DNA of 64,000 nucleotides. Source: an uncultured Gammaproteobacteria bacterium (GTDB taxonomy: Bacteria > Patescibacteriota > Patescibacteriia > UBA1558 > GWA2-36-10). Within the stretch, counting starts at the first letter, position 1, and every line of letters begins with the position of its first letter. Below the pieces are notes generated by a model. That model was given only the letters and a program-made list of their open reading frames with translations, had not been told where the DNA came from and ran no database searches. This document shows, one piece after another, positions 16,935 to 25,651 of the stretch. The position numbers were made by a program, and so were the translations under genes. Location: the NCBI GenBank assembly GCA_964638415.1, contig CAZWYP010000003.1:1150-65149 (forward strand). Direction: 5' to 3'.

Positions 16935-18325
16935 TAGTATCCTTCTTCATTCTTAATAATCGCCAAGGGCGTCTTGATAATGATAATAAAATCCAAAAGC
17001 AACGACCAATTCTCCATGTAAAAAATATCCAGCTTGGCTTCATCAGCAAACAGTAAATTGGATCGACCGGAAACCTGCGCCATGCCAGTCATGCCCGGCT
17101 TGATGCTTAATAACCTTTTGTAGCCTTTCTGGTAGCGGGAAACTTCTTCCGGCTCATGCGGACGCGGACCGACTAAGCTCATCTGCCCTTTTACAACATT
17201 GAATAGCTGCGGCAATTCATCTAAGCTGGTTTTGCGCAGCCAGCGTCCGAAACTGGTAACCCGCGGATCATTTTTCATTTTAAACAACGGCCCATCTGGT
17301 CTTTCATTCAAATCCATCATTTTAGCTTTCAGCTCATGGGCATTATTAACCATTGACCTAAACTTATACATGGTAAATACCTTGCCCTTAGCGCCTACCC
17401 GCCGCAAGCCAACGCACATTGGACCGCGGGAAGTTAATTTAACCATCAAGCCTAAAAATAACAACAAGGGAGATAAGACAATTATTAACAAAATAGCAAT
17501 AATAAAATCAAAAATCCTTTTGGCCACCCGGCCCCAGCCTTGCAGTTTAATTTCTGCAATCTCTACTAATGGAATACCGGCTTCCGAGCTTAAAATCAAA
17601 TGCAAGCTCTGCGCCTGGAAAAGATTAGCCACATACTTTAAACTTAGATGATTTTCCTGGCACCAGGTCAGTAAATCCAAAGCTTCAGTTTTATCCATAG
17701 TAGAATCCGTCTGCACTACATAATCTATTTTTTTACTATCCACCAGATCTTTAATCTTTTCCGACTTTTCCAAAGAAGCCAGATTATCAAATTCAGCTAA
17801 TACTTTAAATCCTAAGGCTGGATTATTTTTATACTCTTTAGCAATTAACTCCCTATTTTCCGAAGATCCTAGTAAAACAACTCCTGACAATCCCCAAGAC
17901 CGGCGGAAAAACTGATTCCTTATCCAAGCTACTATCATCCTAATAACTGTTAAATAGACAACGGCAAATAACCAAGAAAAGACAATAATAAAACGGGAAG
18001 AAAATTGTTCTAATTGCAAGAATAAATAAAGAATAATAATGACAAATAAAGTAGAAATACCGCTAACTACCCGGGGAATCTCCTTAACCAGCTTCTTGCT
18101 TTTCATGGTGTAAGCACCAATAATGGCTAAAATTATTACACCGGCCAAAGACATTTGCCAGGTTAAATTAAAAAAATACCCAAAAGGCATTTCAAAGATA
18201 ATTGCCCGCCAGTTAGAAACTACTGGAGAGAAACGCAAAGAATAAGCAGAAATACCCGCTAAAACTAAGAAAATAAAGTCTAGGGGTACTTGTACTAAAT
18301 TAGTGATAAAATCGGCTTTTTTCAT
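16934..18325 (-). CDS. Polyprenyl-phosphate sugar phosphotransferase (bacterial sugar transferase, WbaP/CpsE-like). Initiating enzyme of the glycan operon.
   Basis: Four or five N-terminal TMs plus a C-terminal catalytic domain: RIFDFIIAILLIIVLSPLLLFL...KFRSM...DELPQLFNVVKGQMSLVGPRP. Confidence 0.9.
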   Translation of the reverse strand: MKKADFITNLVQVPLDFIFLVLAGISAYSLRFSPVVSNWRAIIFEMPFGYFFNLTWQMSLAGVIILAIIGAYTMKSKKLVKEIPRVVSGISTLFVIIILYLFLQLEQFSSRFIIVFSWLFAVVYLTVIRMIVAWIRNQFFRRSWGLSGVVLLGSSENRELIAKEYKNNPALGFKVLAEFDNLASLEKSEKIKDLVDSKKIDYVVQTDSTMDKTEALDLLTWCQENHLSLKYVANLFQAQSLHLILSSEAGIPLVEIAEIKLQGWGRVAKRIFDFIIAILLIIVLSPLLLFLGLMVKLTSRGPMCVGLRRVGAKGKVFTMYKFRSMVNNAHELKAKMMDLNERPDGPLFKMKNDPRVTSFGRWLRKTSLDELPQLFNVVKGQMSLVGPRPHEPEEVSRYQKGYKRLLSIKPGMTGMAQVSGRSNLLFADEAKLDIFYMENWSLLLDFIIIIKTPLAIIKNEEGY

Positions 18326-18366
18326 GTAAATATCATAGCACTTGAAGCTATTTTAGTAAATAAAAA

Positions 18367-18739
18367 AGGCCTAAATTAACCTCATAAGCCGAATTCTGTC
18401 TCCCGAAGGATGACGATCATCTATCTAGGCTTAATGTTGCCATTAAGCTCAAGCCTTCAACCCGCCCTATTTAGGGCCTACTCGAAGTTGCACCGGATAG
18501 AGTTTGCCTCCTCTAGCCTGTCACCAAGCCAGCGTGTCAGCTAATTAGCTGACAATTTCACCTTTAATTCGTTAAAGAGTTAACTCAAGCTTAACGAATA
18601 AGATTGCTTTCTGTTGCACTTGTCCTAACGAAGAAATCACTTTCCTCATCGGTTGGCGTTACCAACTATCCTTATGAACGGTGTTCGGACTTTATCCTCT
18701 TTAGTTAAACTAAAGCGATCGTCTCAGTTAATTTAGACC
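18367..18739 (-). ncRNA. rnpB: RNase P RNA, bacterial type A
   Basis: Reverse complement contains GAGGAUAAAGUCCGAACACC (P4 5' strand), GUUGGUAACGCCAAC, GUGCAACAGAAAGCAA, AAAGGUGAAAUUG and GACAGAAUUCGGCUUAUGAGG (P4 3' strand). The terminal P1 helix GGUCUAAAUUAAC pairs with GUUAAUUUAGGCC. About 373 nt, GC-rich relative to its flanks. Confidence 0.85.
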
Positions 18740-18747
18740 TTAGCATA

Positions 18748-18776
18748 TTTATATCATACTTAAGAGATTTTGTCAA
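18748..18776 (-). promoter_or_regulatory. Sigma70-type promoter for rnpB (TTGACA-N17-TATAAA)
   Basis: Reverse complement reads TTGACAaaatctcttaagtatgaTATAAAT, with the predicted transcription start about 7 nt upstream of the P1 5' end. Confidence 0.5.
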
Positions 18777-19095
18777 GAATAGTAAAATCTATCAATTTTA
18801 ACTCGGTATTCTCATCTATCTTTTGCCCATAATCTGCGGAGAAAGATTTATACATTACCTCATTAGAAGGATACTTTTCATGACCCGCCCAATCCTCTTC
18901 TTGTAAATCTTGGAATCTTTTAACAATAACTTTGGTTAAAACAACTTTAGCAAAGACTTCGCCTGTCTCTTTGTTAATAAATTCTACCTCATCCCCTGCT
19001 TGTAGATTTTTATCATCAAACAAGCGCCAAGTGGAGGTCTTCTCTCCTGACAAAATCTTACCTACTAAATTATTTCTGAATTTTAATGTTTTCAT
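18760..19095 (-). CDS. ASCH-domain (PUA-like) protein
   Basis: 111 aa. MKTLKFRNNLVGKILSGEKTSTWR... matches the ASCH N-terminal signature. Confidence 0.65.
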   Translation of the reverse strand: MKTLKFRNNLVGKILSGEKTSTWRLFDDKNLQAGDEVEFINKETGEVFAKVVLTKVIVKRFQDLQEEDWAGHEKYPSNEVMYKSFSADYGQKIDENTELKLIDFTILDKIS

Positions 19096-19116
19096 TATTC
19101 TTTAATATTTCTAATA

Positions 19117-19806
19117 TTAATCCCCATGTCCGCCACCAGCACAACCAGTACCACTTAAACAAGCAGTACAAGTATTATTACATCCTTTTGGAAGAAATAT
19201 GCCACAACTACCAACATAACCACCCGTATAATAACTTGAATCTGCCGCGCAAGGTGTGGTTAAATTTGAATCACAAACTTCTGCTCCTTCCAATATCCCA
19301 TTACCACAAACAGCTCCCCCGCCTTCCTCTGCCACTGTTGCAGTATACTCATAGCAATGATTGACATAGAAAGTAGAATCAGAAACTCTTTTGACATAGT
19401 AGCCAGTATCATTACTAGTGGTGGCTAAGGGATCTACTGGTAAAGTGCCAATATAAGGCTCCATTAGAGAAGCTAGGTCTTTTCTAGCTATATCTTGTTT
19501 TAAAGATTGGCAGTTGGTGGTTCCGGTAGTTAAGCCACCGGAAGACACTAACATATAGGGAGTATTGAGGCTTAAGGCAGTTAAAGCGGCTGGAGTGTTA
19601 TAATTATTACCTTCTATGACTTGACTGAAGCATTTTTCCAGCTCTTCGCAGTTTTTGTCTCTAATGGCGTTTTGGGCTTCGCCTAAGCGCTTAGCCGGGT
19701 TAACAGCTACAAAAATAGCAACAGCTAAGATGCCAATAACTGCTAAAACTATGATTAATTCTATTAGGGTGAAGCCTTTAGCTAGTTTATTATCCTTAAC
19801 CAGCAT
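19117..19806 (-). CDS. Type IV pilin-like protein, copy B, with a Cys-rich C-terminal tail
   Basis: MLVKDNKLAKG|FTLIELIIVLAVIGILAVAIF prepilin leader plus N-terminal helix. Core is identical to copy A. C-terminal ~65 aa contain 11 Cys (VCGNGILEGAEVCDS...CGIFLPKGCNNTCTACLSGTGCAGGGHGD). Confidence 0.85.
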   Translation of the reverse strand: MLVKDNKLAKGFTLIELIIVLAVIGILAVAIFVAVNPAKRLGEAQNAIRDKNCEELEKCFSQVIEGNNYNTPAALTALSLNTPYMLVSSGGLTTGTTNCQSLKQDIARKDLASLMEPYIGTLPVDPLATTSNDTGYYVKRVSDSTFYVNHCYEYTATVAEEGGGAVCGNGILEGAEVCDSNLTTPCAADSSYYTGGYVGSCGIFLPKGCNNTCTACLSGTGCAGGGHGD

Positions 19807-19863
19807 GATTAAAAAATAATATGCAATTATTATACCCCAAAAACCGCTAAATAAAAAGTATTA

Positions 19864-20967
19864 TTACTCTAAAATAAACTCTAAAGTCTCCTTAGCACAT
19901 TTCTCCCAAGAAAACTCCTGGGATCTTTTTAGTCCTCTTCTAACTAATTCTTCCTGCAGAGCACTGCTTAAAATTAGTTTATCTATCTGTTCAGCAATCT
20001 GTTGGGGATTATCCGGATTAAAATACAAAACTGCTTGTCCGCCTACTTCTCTTAGCACGGGAATATCTGAAGCTAGTATCGGTACCCCTGAGCCCATCGC
20101 TTCCAATAAAGGAATACCGAAGCCTTCAAACTTGGAAGGGAAAATAAAAATACTAGCTGAAGCCAATAAATCCTGGTAGTCAGTCTGGCTGACATAACCT
20201 AAAATTTTAACCCGATCTTTAATTCTAGGATCAGTGGCTAAAGCTAATATCTCTTCGTAACCAAAATTGCCTGGACGTCCGGCTAAAACTAACTGCCAAT
20301 CCTGATTAACTAACAATCTAAAAGCTTTAAGCAAATTCTGGATATTCTTCTTAGTCTCCAAACGGCCAACATATAGTAAATACTTATCTGCTAAATTAAA
20401 TTTCTGCTTCACTGCTATTTTTCTGTCTGCTTGAGCGGGACGAAAACAATCCTTATCCCAGCCATGGTAAATTACTTTAATCGGGGATTTTGCTTTAGGA
20501 AAAAACTTCTTAATATCCAAAGCCGTTGCTTCGGAAACCGCAATAATCTTATCTGCTCGCCGAATAGCTAACTGGTGAGATAATTTCTGGTAAATCCTTT
20601 CTAAAGGATGGTACAGTTCGGGATTATTAAGAAAACCTAAATCATGAATAGTTACTATTAACTCTCCGCGGGAAATAAAGGGAACAGCATTGGTCGCTAA
20701 AAACTTATCCGGCGGATTAAGAACTAATTCCGGCCCTAAACGCAAATGCGTCCATAATTTAAAAACTTTGGGGAAATACAATTGTTTAAATAAAAAATTA
20801 GCCGGCCCTTGTTTTAACTCTGCGGCTAATTCCTGGTTGTAATACACAGTATACTGGTTATCTCTGTCTATTCTTTTAAATTGCTGCAGCAAGTGCCAGG
20901 CATACCACTCCGTGCCGGTTTTATGCAGCTTATTAGCTCTAGTTGCCTCCAAAGCAATCTTAGCCAT
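19864..20967 (-). CDS. Glycosyltransferase, family GT4
   Basis: EGFGIPLLEAMGSGVPILASDIPVLREV motif; 367 aa. Confidence 0.85.
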   Translation of the reverse strand: MAKIALEATRANKLHKTGTEWYAWHLLQQFKRIDRDNQYTVYYNQELAAELKQGPANFLFKQLYFPKVFKLWTHLRLGPELVLNPPDKFLATNAVPFISRGELIVTIHDLGFLNNPELYHPLERIYQKLSHQLAIRRADKIIAVSEATALDIKKFFPKAKSPIKVIYHGWDKDCFRPAQADRKIAVKQKFNLADKYLLYVGRLETKKNIQNLLKAFRLLVNQDWQLVLAGRPGNFGYEEILALATDPRIKDRVKILGYVSQTDYQDLLASASIFIFPSKFEGFGIPLLEAMGSGVPILASDIPVLREVGGQAVLYFNPDNPQQIAEQIDKLILSSALQEELVRRGLKRSQEFSWEKCAKETLEFILE

Positions 20968-20968
20968 A

Positions 20969-21982
20969 TTATTTAGCAGATAAAATGCTTCTCTTGTAAG
21001 ACTCTAAATTCTCCAAAGCAATGCCCGTTCCTCTAGCTACGCATAATAAAGAATCGTCGGCGGTATAGGCTGGTACGCCAGTTGCTTGGGATAATAATTT
21101 ATCCATATTGCGCAATAGAGCAGTTCCGCCAGATAAAACCATGCCTTTATCCATAATGTCGGCAGATAATTCTGGTGGAGTTTTGTATAGCACTGACTTC
21201 ACTGCGGAGATTAATCCCTGTAATTCATTCTGCAAAGCTTCCGTCACATCATCGGAACTGACTTCAATATTGCGCGGCAAGCCAGTCAGCATATCCCGCC
21301 CTTTAATTTCCATATACAGCTTCTCGCCTTTTGGTAAAAATTGAGCAGAACCGATTTTAATCTTAACTTCTTCCGCTGTTCTTTCTCCAATGGCTAAATT
21401 ATATTTTTTCTTAATGAATTCGCCAATCGCCGCGTCATACTTATTACCGCCAATCCGCACAGAAGTATTAGCTACAATACCGCCTAAGGAAATAACGGCA
21501 ATTTCCGAAGTGCCGCCTCCCATATCCACGATCATATGCCCGGAAGCAGAGCCAATGGGAATATCTGCGCCAATTGCCGCAGCAATTGGTTCTTTAATAA
21601 TATATGCGGCTTTAGCACCGGCATTTAAAGTGGCATCAATTACCGCTCGGCGCTCCGTAGAAGTAATGCCGGCCGGTACGGCAATCATCACCTCTGGGCG
21701 GAAAATCTTGACGCCGCCGACTGCTTTGTTAATAAAATATCTTAACATGCTTTCCGTAGTCTTGTAATCTGCAATCACGCCATTCTTTAATGGGCGGGAA
21801 GCCACAATAGAATCCGGCGTTCTTCCAATCATTTCCTTGGCCTCATCACCAACCGCCATTACTCGCTTGTCAAAAATTGAAATTGCCACTACTGACGGTT
21901 CGTTAATTACAATACCGCGCTTGGGTATATATACCAAGGTATATGCAGTTCCTAAATCAATTCCGATCTTTTTGGTAAACAT
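20969..21982 (-). CDS. mreB: Rod-shape-determining actin homologue MreB (paralogue 2)
   Basis: IGIDLGTAYTLVY phosphate-1 motif, MIVDMGGGTSEIAVISLGG, and the actin/Hsp70 fold pattern; 337 aa. Confidence 0.9.
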   Translation of the reverse strand: MFTKKIGIDLGTAYTLVYIPKRGIVINEPSVVAISIFDKRVMAVGDEAKEMIGRTPDSIVASRPLKNGVIADYKTTESMLRYFINKAVGGVKIFRPEVMIAVPAGITSTERRAVIDATLNAGAKAAYIIKEPIAAAIGADIPIGSASGHMIVDMGGGTSEIAVISLGGIVANTSVRIGGNKYDAAIGEFIKKKYNLAIGERTAEEVKIKIGSAQFLPKGEKLYMEIKGRDMLTGLPRNIEVSSDDVTEALQNELQGLISAVKSVLYKTPPELSADIMDKGMVLSGGTALLRNMDKLLSQATGVPAYTADDSLLCVARGTGIALENLESYKRSILSAK

Positions 21983-22438
21983 TTATTTAATTTCCAAAAT
22001 CTTGTAAATAACTTCTCCCGCTGGTAATTGCACGGGAAAAACCTCGCCGATTTTTCGATCAATAAAAGCCTGGCCTAAGGGAGACTCTACAGAAATCCGA
22101 CGATTAGCCGGATCTGCTTCCGTGCTGCCGACAATAGTAAATTCAAAAGCTTCTCCGTTTTTATCTACTTTAACGGTAGAGCCAATAGAAACCTTATCAC
22201 CATTGCCTTTCTGCTGTACTACTGCTGTTTTAATAATGTGCTCCAATTCAGTAATCCGACCCTCAATAAAGCCCTGCTCTTCTTTAGCATCATGGTATTC
22301 AGCATTCTCAGATAAATCTCCATACTCTTTGGCATTCTTAATGCGCTCCATGATCTCTTTGCGCTTATTGGTCTTAAGATCATCCAATTCTTCCTGTAAT
22401 TTAGCCAAGCCTTCCGGGGTTAAAATTTGTACATCCAT
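21983..22438 (-). CDS. greA: Transcription elongation factor GreA
   Basis: LT.EG..KL..EL..L coiled-coil N-terminus with acidic tip (YGDLSENAEY) and a C-terminal FKBP-like domain; 151 aa. Confidence 0.9.
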   Translation of the reverse strand: MDVQILTPEGLAKLQEELDDLKTNKRKEIMERIKNAKEYGDLSENAEYHDAKEEQGFIEGRITELEHIIKTAVVQQKGNGDKVSIGSTVKVDKNGEAFEFTIVGSTEADPANRRISVESPLGQAFIDRKIGEVFPVQLPAGEVIYKILEIK

Positions 22439-22544
22439 ATTTATTTTACTTTTATTAATCTTACTATTTTAACAATTATTTAATAAAGCCCTCTGGGCTT
22501 CTATTAACATCATATCATTTTAGCCAATAAATTCAAGCTAAGCC

Positions 22545-24434
22545 CTAACGGTCAAAATACCACTCCATAAACTGCCTGGCTACCGTCACTGCTGTACCCC
22601 GGTCTCCGCCTTCTTCCACTAAAACCACCACGACTATTTCCGGGTTATCAAAAGGAGCAAAGCTGGCAAACCAAGAATGCGGTATTTTATTGCGGTTAAA
22701 CTGGGCTGTGCCGGTTTTACCAGCCACCGGCACTTTTACTGACTGCAGACTTTGAGCTGTGCCGGCCACCACTGTTTGCCTCAAACCATCACGGACAATC
22801 TGACGATTATCTTCACTGACTAAATTCTCTAAAGCTACTTTTGGTTGGTAAGCTTCGACTGTATCTCCTAGCCTGGTTTCCTTAATAAAATGCGGCTGCC
22901 AACCTTTCCCAGTGGCAAAATATGACATCATGGTCGCAATCTGCAAAGGCGTGCCCAGTAAATAACCCTGGCCAATAGATAAGTTATAGGTATCTCCTAA
23001 GTACCAGCGTTCTCCTAAATTTTCTTCTTTCCACTCCTTGGTGGGAATAAATCCTTCTGCTTCTGAATTAAAATCCAGATTAGTCACCTTACCTAAACCG
23101 AATTTTTTGGCATAGTCTACTATTTTATCTGCCCCCAAACCCAATTCCAGCCACTGGTTATTACCGCCGCCAATAGTGTAGAAATAGGTATTAACTGAAT
23201 CAGCTAAAGCCCAAGTAACATTAGTTCGGCCATGGCCAGCTGGCCGCCAGTCAGGAAAAAAATTATTACCAATCGTAACACCGCCGGTGCTGATCACACT
23301 AAAATTCTTATCCACTATTTTCTCTTCTAAAGCAGCGGCAGCAACAATGGGCTTGAACACTGATCCAAAAGGATAATTACCGGCTACCGCTCTATTTAAT
23401 AAAGGGGTTGAGGGATCGGTAATTATTTTTTCATACTCCTCTCTATTTAAGCTGGTAGTAAAAATATTATTATCGTAAGTAGGCAAGGAAACCATCGCTA
23501 AGACTCCGCCATCATGAGCATCTAAAACCACGGCTGCCATTTTCTGCTTGTCATAAGTGCCAGCTGCCGACGCCATTACTTCATAGAGTTTGCTCTGGGC
23601 TTTAGCATCAATAGCCAAAATCAGATCATTGCCATCTTGAGGCTCAGTCCAAGCAATAACATTTTTAGCTTGGTTAAAAGCATCAACCTCAATCTGGCGG
23701 ATGCCATTGCGTCCCCGTAGAACTTTTTCATAAATCAATTCCAGTCCGGTTTTACCCAGACGATCGGTATAATTATATTCCCCCTTCGCTAAATCTTTTT
23801 CTTCTACCGCTCCGGTATAACCTAAAGCATGGGACATTCCTAAGTAAGAAAAATACTGCCGGCGCGGCTCGTAATCTATTTCCAGTTCAGGGTATTTTTC
23901 AGATAACAGCATTAATTTAATCGCCTGCTGGTAAGGGACATTTTCATAGAGCAAAATCCTTTTTTGTTTAGTAGGTTGCTTTAGTTGCTCAGTTAAACTT
24001 TCTGGGGAAACTGCTAAAACTTCTGCAACCTTAGCTAGAACTTCAGCAGAAACTTCTTCTTTATTTGCATCCAATAAATAAAGAAAGAACTGGGAAGTAT
24101 TTTTAACCAGCAAATTGCCGAAGCGGTCGTAAATCAAACCACGATTAGCCTGGATAATTTCTTCCCGAATACGATTACCTTCAGCAATACCGAAAAAATC
24201 CTGCCCTTTGACTATCTGTAAATAAAAACTTCGTGACCATAAGACAGCTAGGACAACAATAAAAACCGAAAAAAGCAGGAATATTTTTCCTTCTGTAAAA
24301 TACTTGCCCAGAGTTTGTTGGCTTCCTCCTTGGAAAAAATCCAAATAATCTCCGCTAGAGAGATTGGAAGAATAGCCTCTTACTTTAGCGCTTCTTACCG
24401 TGCCTTCTTGGATTTTAAACGGATCATCTCTCAT
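22545..24434 (-). CDS. mrdA: Penicillin-binding protein 2 (elongasome transpeptidase)
   Basis: N-terminal TM. Transpeptidase motifs SVFKP (SxxK), SVN (SxN) and KTGTA. Located immediately after mreC-mreD. Confidence 0.9.
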   Translation of the reverse strand: MRDDPFKIQEGTVRSAKVRGYSSNLSSGDYLDFFQGGSQQTLGKYFTEGKIFLLFSVFIVVLAVLWSRSFYLQIVKGQDFFGIAEGNRIREEIIQANRGLIYDRFGNLLVKNTSQFFLYLLDANKEEVSAEVLAKVAEVLAVSPESLTEQLKQPTKQKRILLYENVPYQQAIKLMLLSEKYPELEIDYEPRRQYFSYLGMSHALGYTGAVEEKDLAKGEYNYTDRLGKTGLELIYEKVLRGRNGIRQIEVDAFNQAKNVIAWTEPQDGNDLILAIDAKAQSKLYEVMASAAGTYDKQKMAAVVLDAHDGGVLAMVSLPTYDNNIFTTSLNREEYEKIITDPSTPLLNRAVAGNYPFGSVFKPIVAAAALEEKIVDKNFSVISTGGVTIGNNFFPDWRPAGHGRTNVTWALADSVNTYFYTIGGGNNQWLELGLGADKIVDYAKKFGLGKVTNLDFNSEAEGFIPTKEWKEENLGERWYLGDTYNLSIGQGYLLGTPLQIATMMSYFATGKGWQPHFIKETRLGDTVEAYQPKVALENLVSEDNRQIVRDGLRQTVVAGTAQSLQSVKVPVAGKTGTAQFNRNKIPHSWFASFAPFDNPEIVVVVLVEEGGDRGTAVTVARQFMEWYFDR

Positions 24435-24909
24435 GATGCTTCAGTTTAAAATTAAAATACAGGATATATAAAACTACAACTGCTAAAACATCCACTAAAT
24501 AATATTTGAGAATCTGCACCCAGTCTTGCCAATAAAAAATATAGTTAGACCAGGGAAAAATAAAATTAAGCAGCCAGATAAAAAGCCAATAAGCCAGAAT
24601 ACCAATCATCGTTAAAACTATAATCGTGCCGGTATTCTGGGAAGTAAAAACATAAAGCTGCAAGTTATTAATTAACAATAATACTAAAATATAGCTTAAA
24701 GCATGTAAGCCGAAACTAGCGCTAAAAGCATCTACCAATAAGCCGGCTAAAAAAGCAAAACCATAATAAATCCAAGGCTCATCGTCAATAAAATAAATAA
24801 ACAGCACAGCAATTAGCCAAGGCTGAATCCAATGCAGAGGTAAAACATTAAACCAGGAAAAAATAAAATTAGCAGCAACTAATAATAATAGGATGCCTAA
24901 ATACTTCAT
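24424..24909 (-). CDS. mreD: Rod-shape-determining protein MreD
   Basis: 161-aa polytopic membrane protein between mreC and mrdA. Overlaps both neighbours (4 bp and 11 bp). Confidence 0.6.
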   Translation of the reverse strand: MKYLGILLLLVAANFIFSWFNVLPLHWIQPWLIAVLFIYFIDDEPWIYYGFAFLAGLLVDAFSASFGLHALSYILVLLLINNLQLYVFTSQNTGTIIVLTMIGILAYWLFIWLLNFIFPWSNYIFYWQDWVQILKYYLVDVLAVVVLYILYFNFKLKHHER

Positions 24910-25646
24910 GGCAGTTTAATCACCCCAACCAGAAACAAAGTGGTATAATCAATTAATGGTGAAACTGAAGCAGTTTTAAAAACTTCCTCCTCAGAATAAG
25001 CTATCTCTTCGGCTTTACCAATAACTAAGCCAGCTGGAATACCCTCATTAAGATTATTAGTCACCACTAAATCCCCTTTTTTAATTTCCTGTTCCTGGGG
25101 AATATAGCTTAAGTTCATCCCTAAACCCAGACTGCCGGTCAAAACTCCAGAAACATTTTGCTCATCCCCTATGGCCACGGCCAATCTACTTGAACTATCT
25201 GTTAATAATCTAACCAGGGAAACGTCGTTTCTTACTTCAATGATTTTACCGACAATTACTCCTTGATTGACTACAACAGCCGCTCCTACTGATAAGCCTT
25301 GTTTCTGCCCGGCATCAATCATTATTAAATTCTGGTTGAAATCATCGCGGCTTAAGACATTAGCTAAAATCAAATCATATTTTTTAGTCTGCTGCCAATT
25401 GAAAAAATCCCTTAGTTCTTTATTTTCTGCCGCCAGTGCTTGTAATTGCGCGTTTTTAGCCAATAACTCCTGGTAGGATTGTTCTAAATCTTCCGGCGGC
25501 AATAAAAGTTGGTTTGACACTTTCTGCGGACTGGTTAGTTTCCGGATAATAAAGCCTAAATCAAAAATCTGACTCTCTTTGAAAAGAATCAGGATCAAGA
25601 CTGTTCCTAAGAACAGAAAAAATATTTGCAAATTCCTCCTGAGCAT
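24906..25646 (-). CDS. mreC: Rod-shape-determining protein MreC
   Basis: N-terminal TM, coiled-coil (ELLAKNAQLQALAAENKELRDFF), then beta-rich domains. Position between mreB and mreD. Confidence 0.75.
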   Translation of the reverse strand: MLRRNLQIFFLFLGTVLILILFKESQIFDLGFIIRKLTSPQKVSNQLLLPPEDLEQSYQELLAKNAQLQALAAENKELRDFFNWQQTKKYDLILANVLSRDDFNQNLIMIDAGQKQGLSVGAAVVVNQGVIVGKIIEVRNDVSLVRLLTDSSSRLAVAIGDEQNVSGVLTGSLGLGMNLSYIPQEQEIKKGDLVVTNNLNEGIPAGLVIGKAEEIAYSEEEVFKTASVSPLIDYTTLFLVGVIKLP

Positions 25647-25651
25647 GATTG

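Noticed and set aside
1-19806. Diversity-generating retroelement (TR/VR) explanation for the duplicated pilin core
   Set aside because: No reverse transcriptase gene in the window. The two copies are essentially identical rather than differing at adenines. The repeat is 450 bp, far longer than typical DGR repeats.
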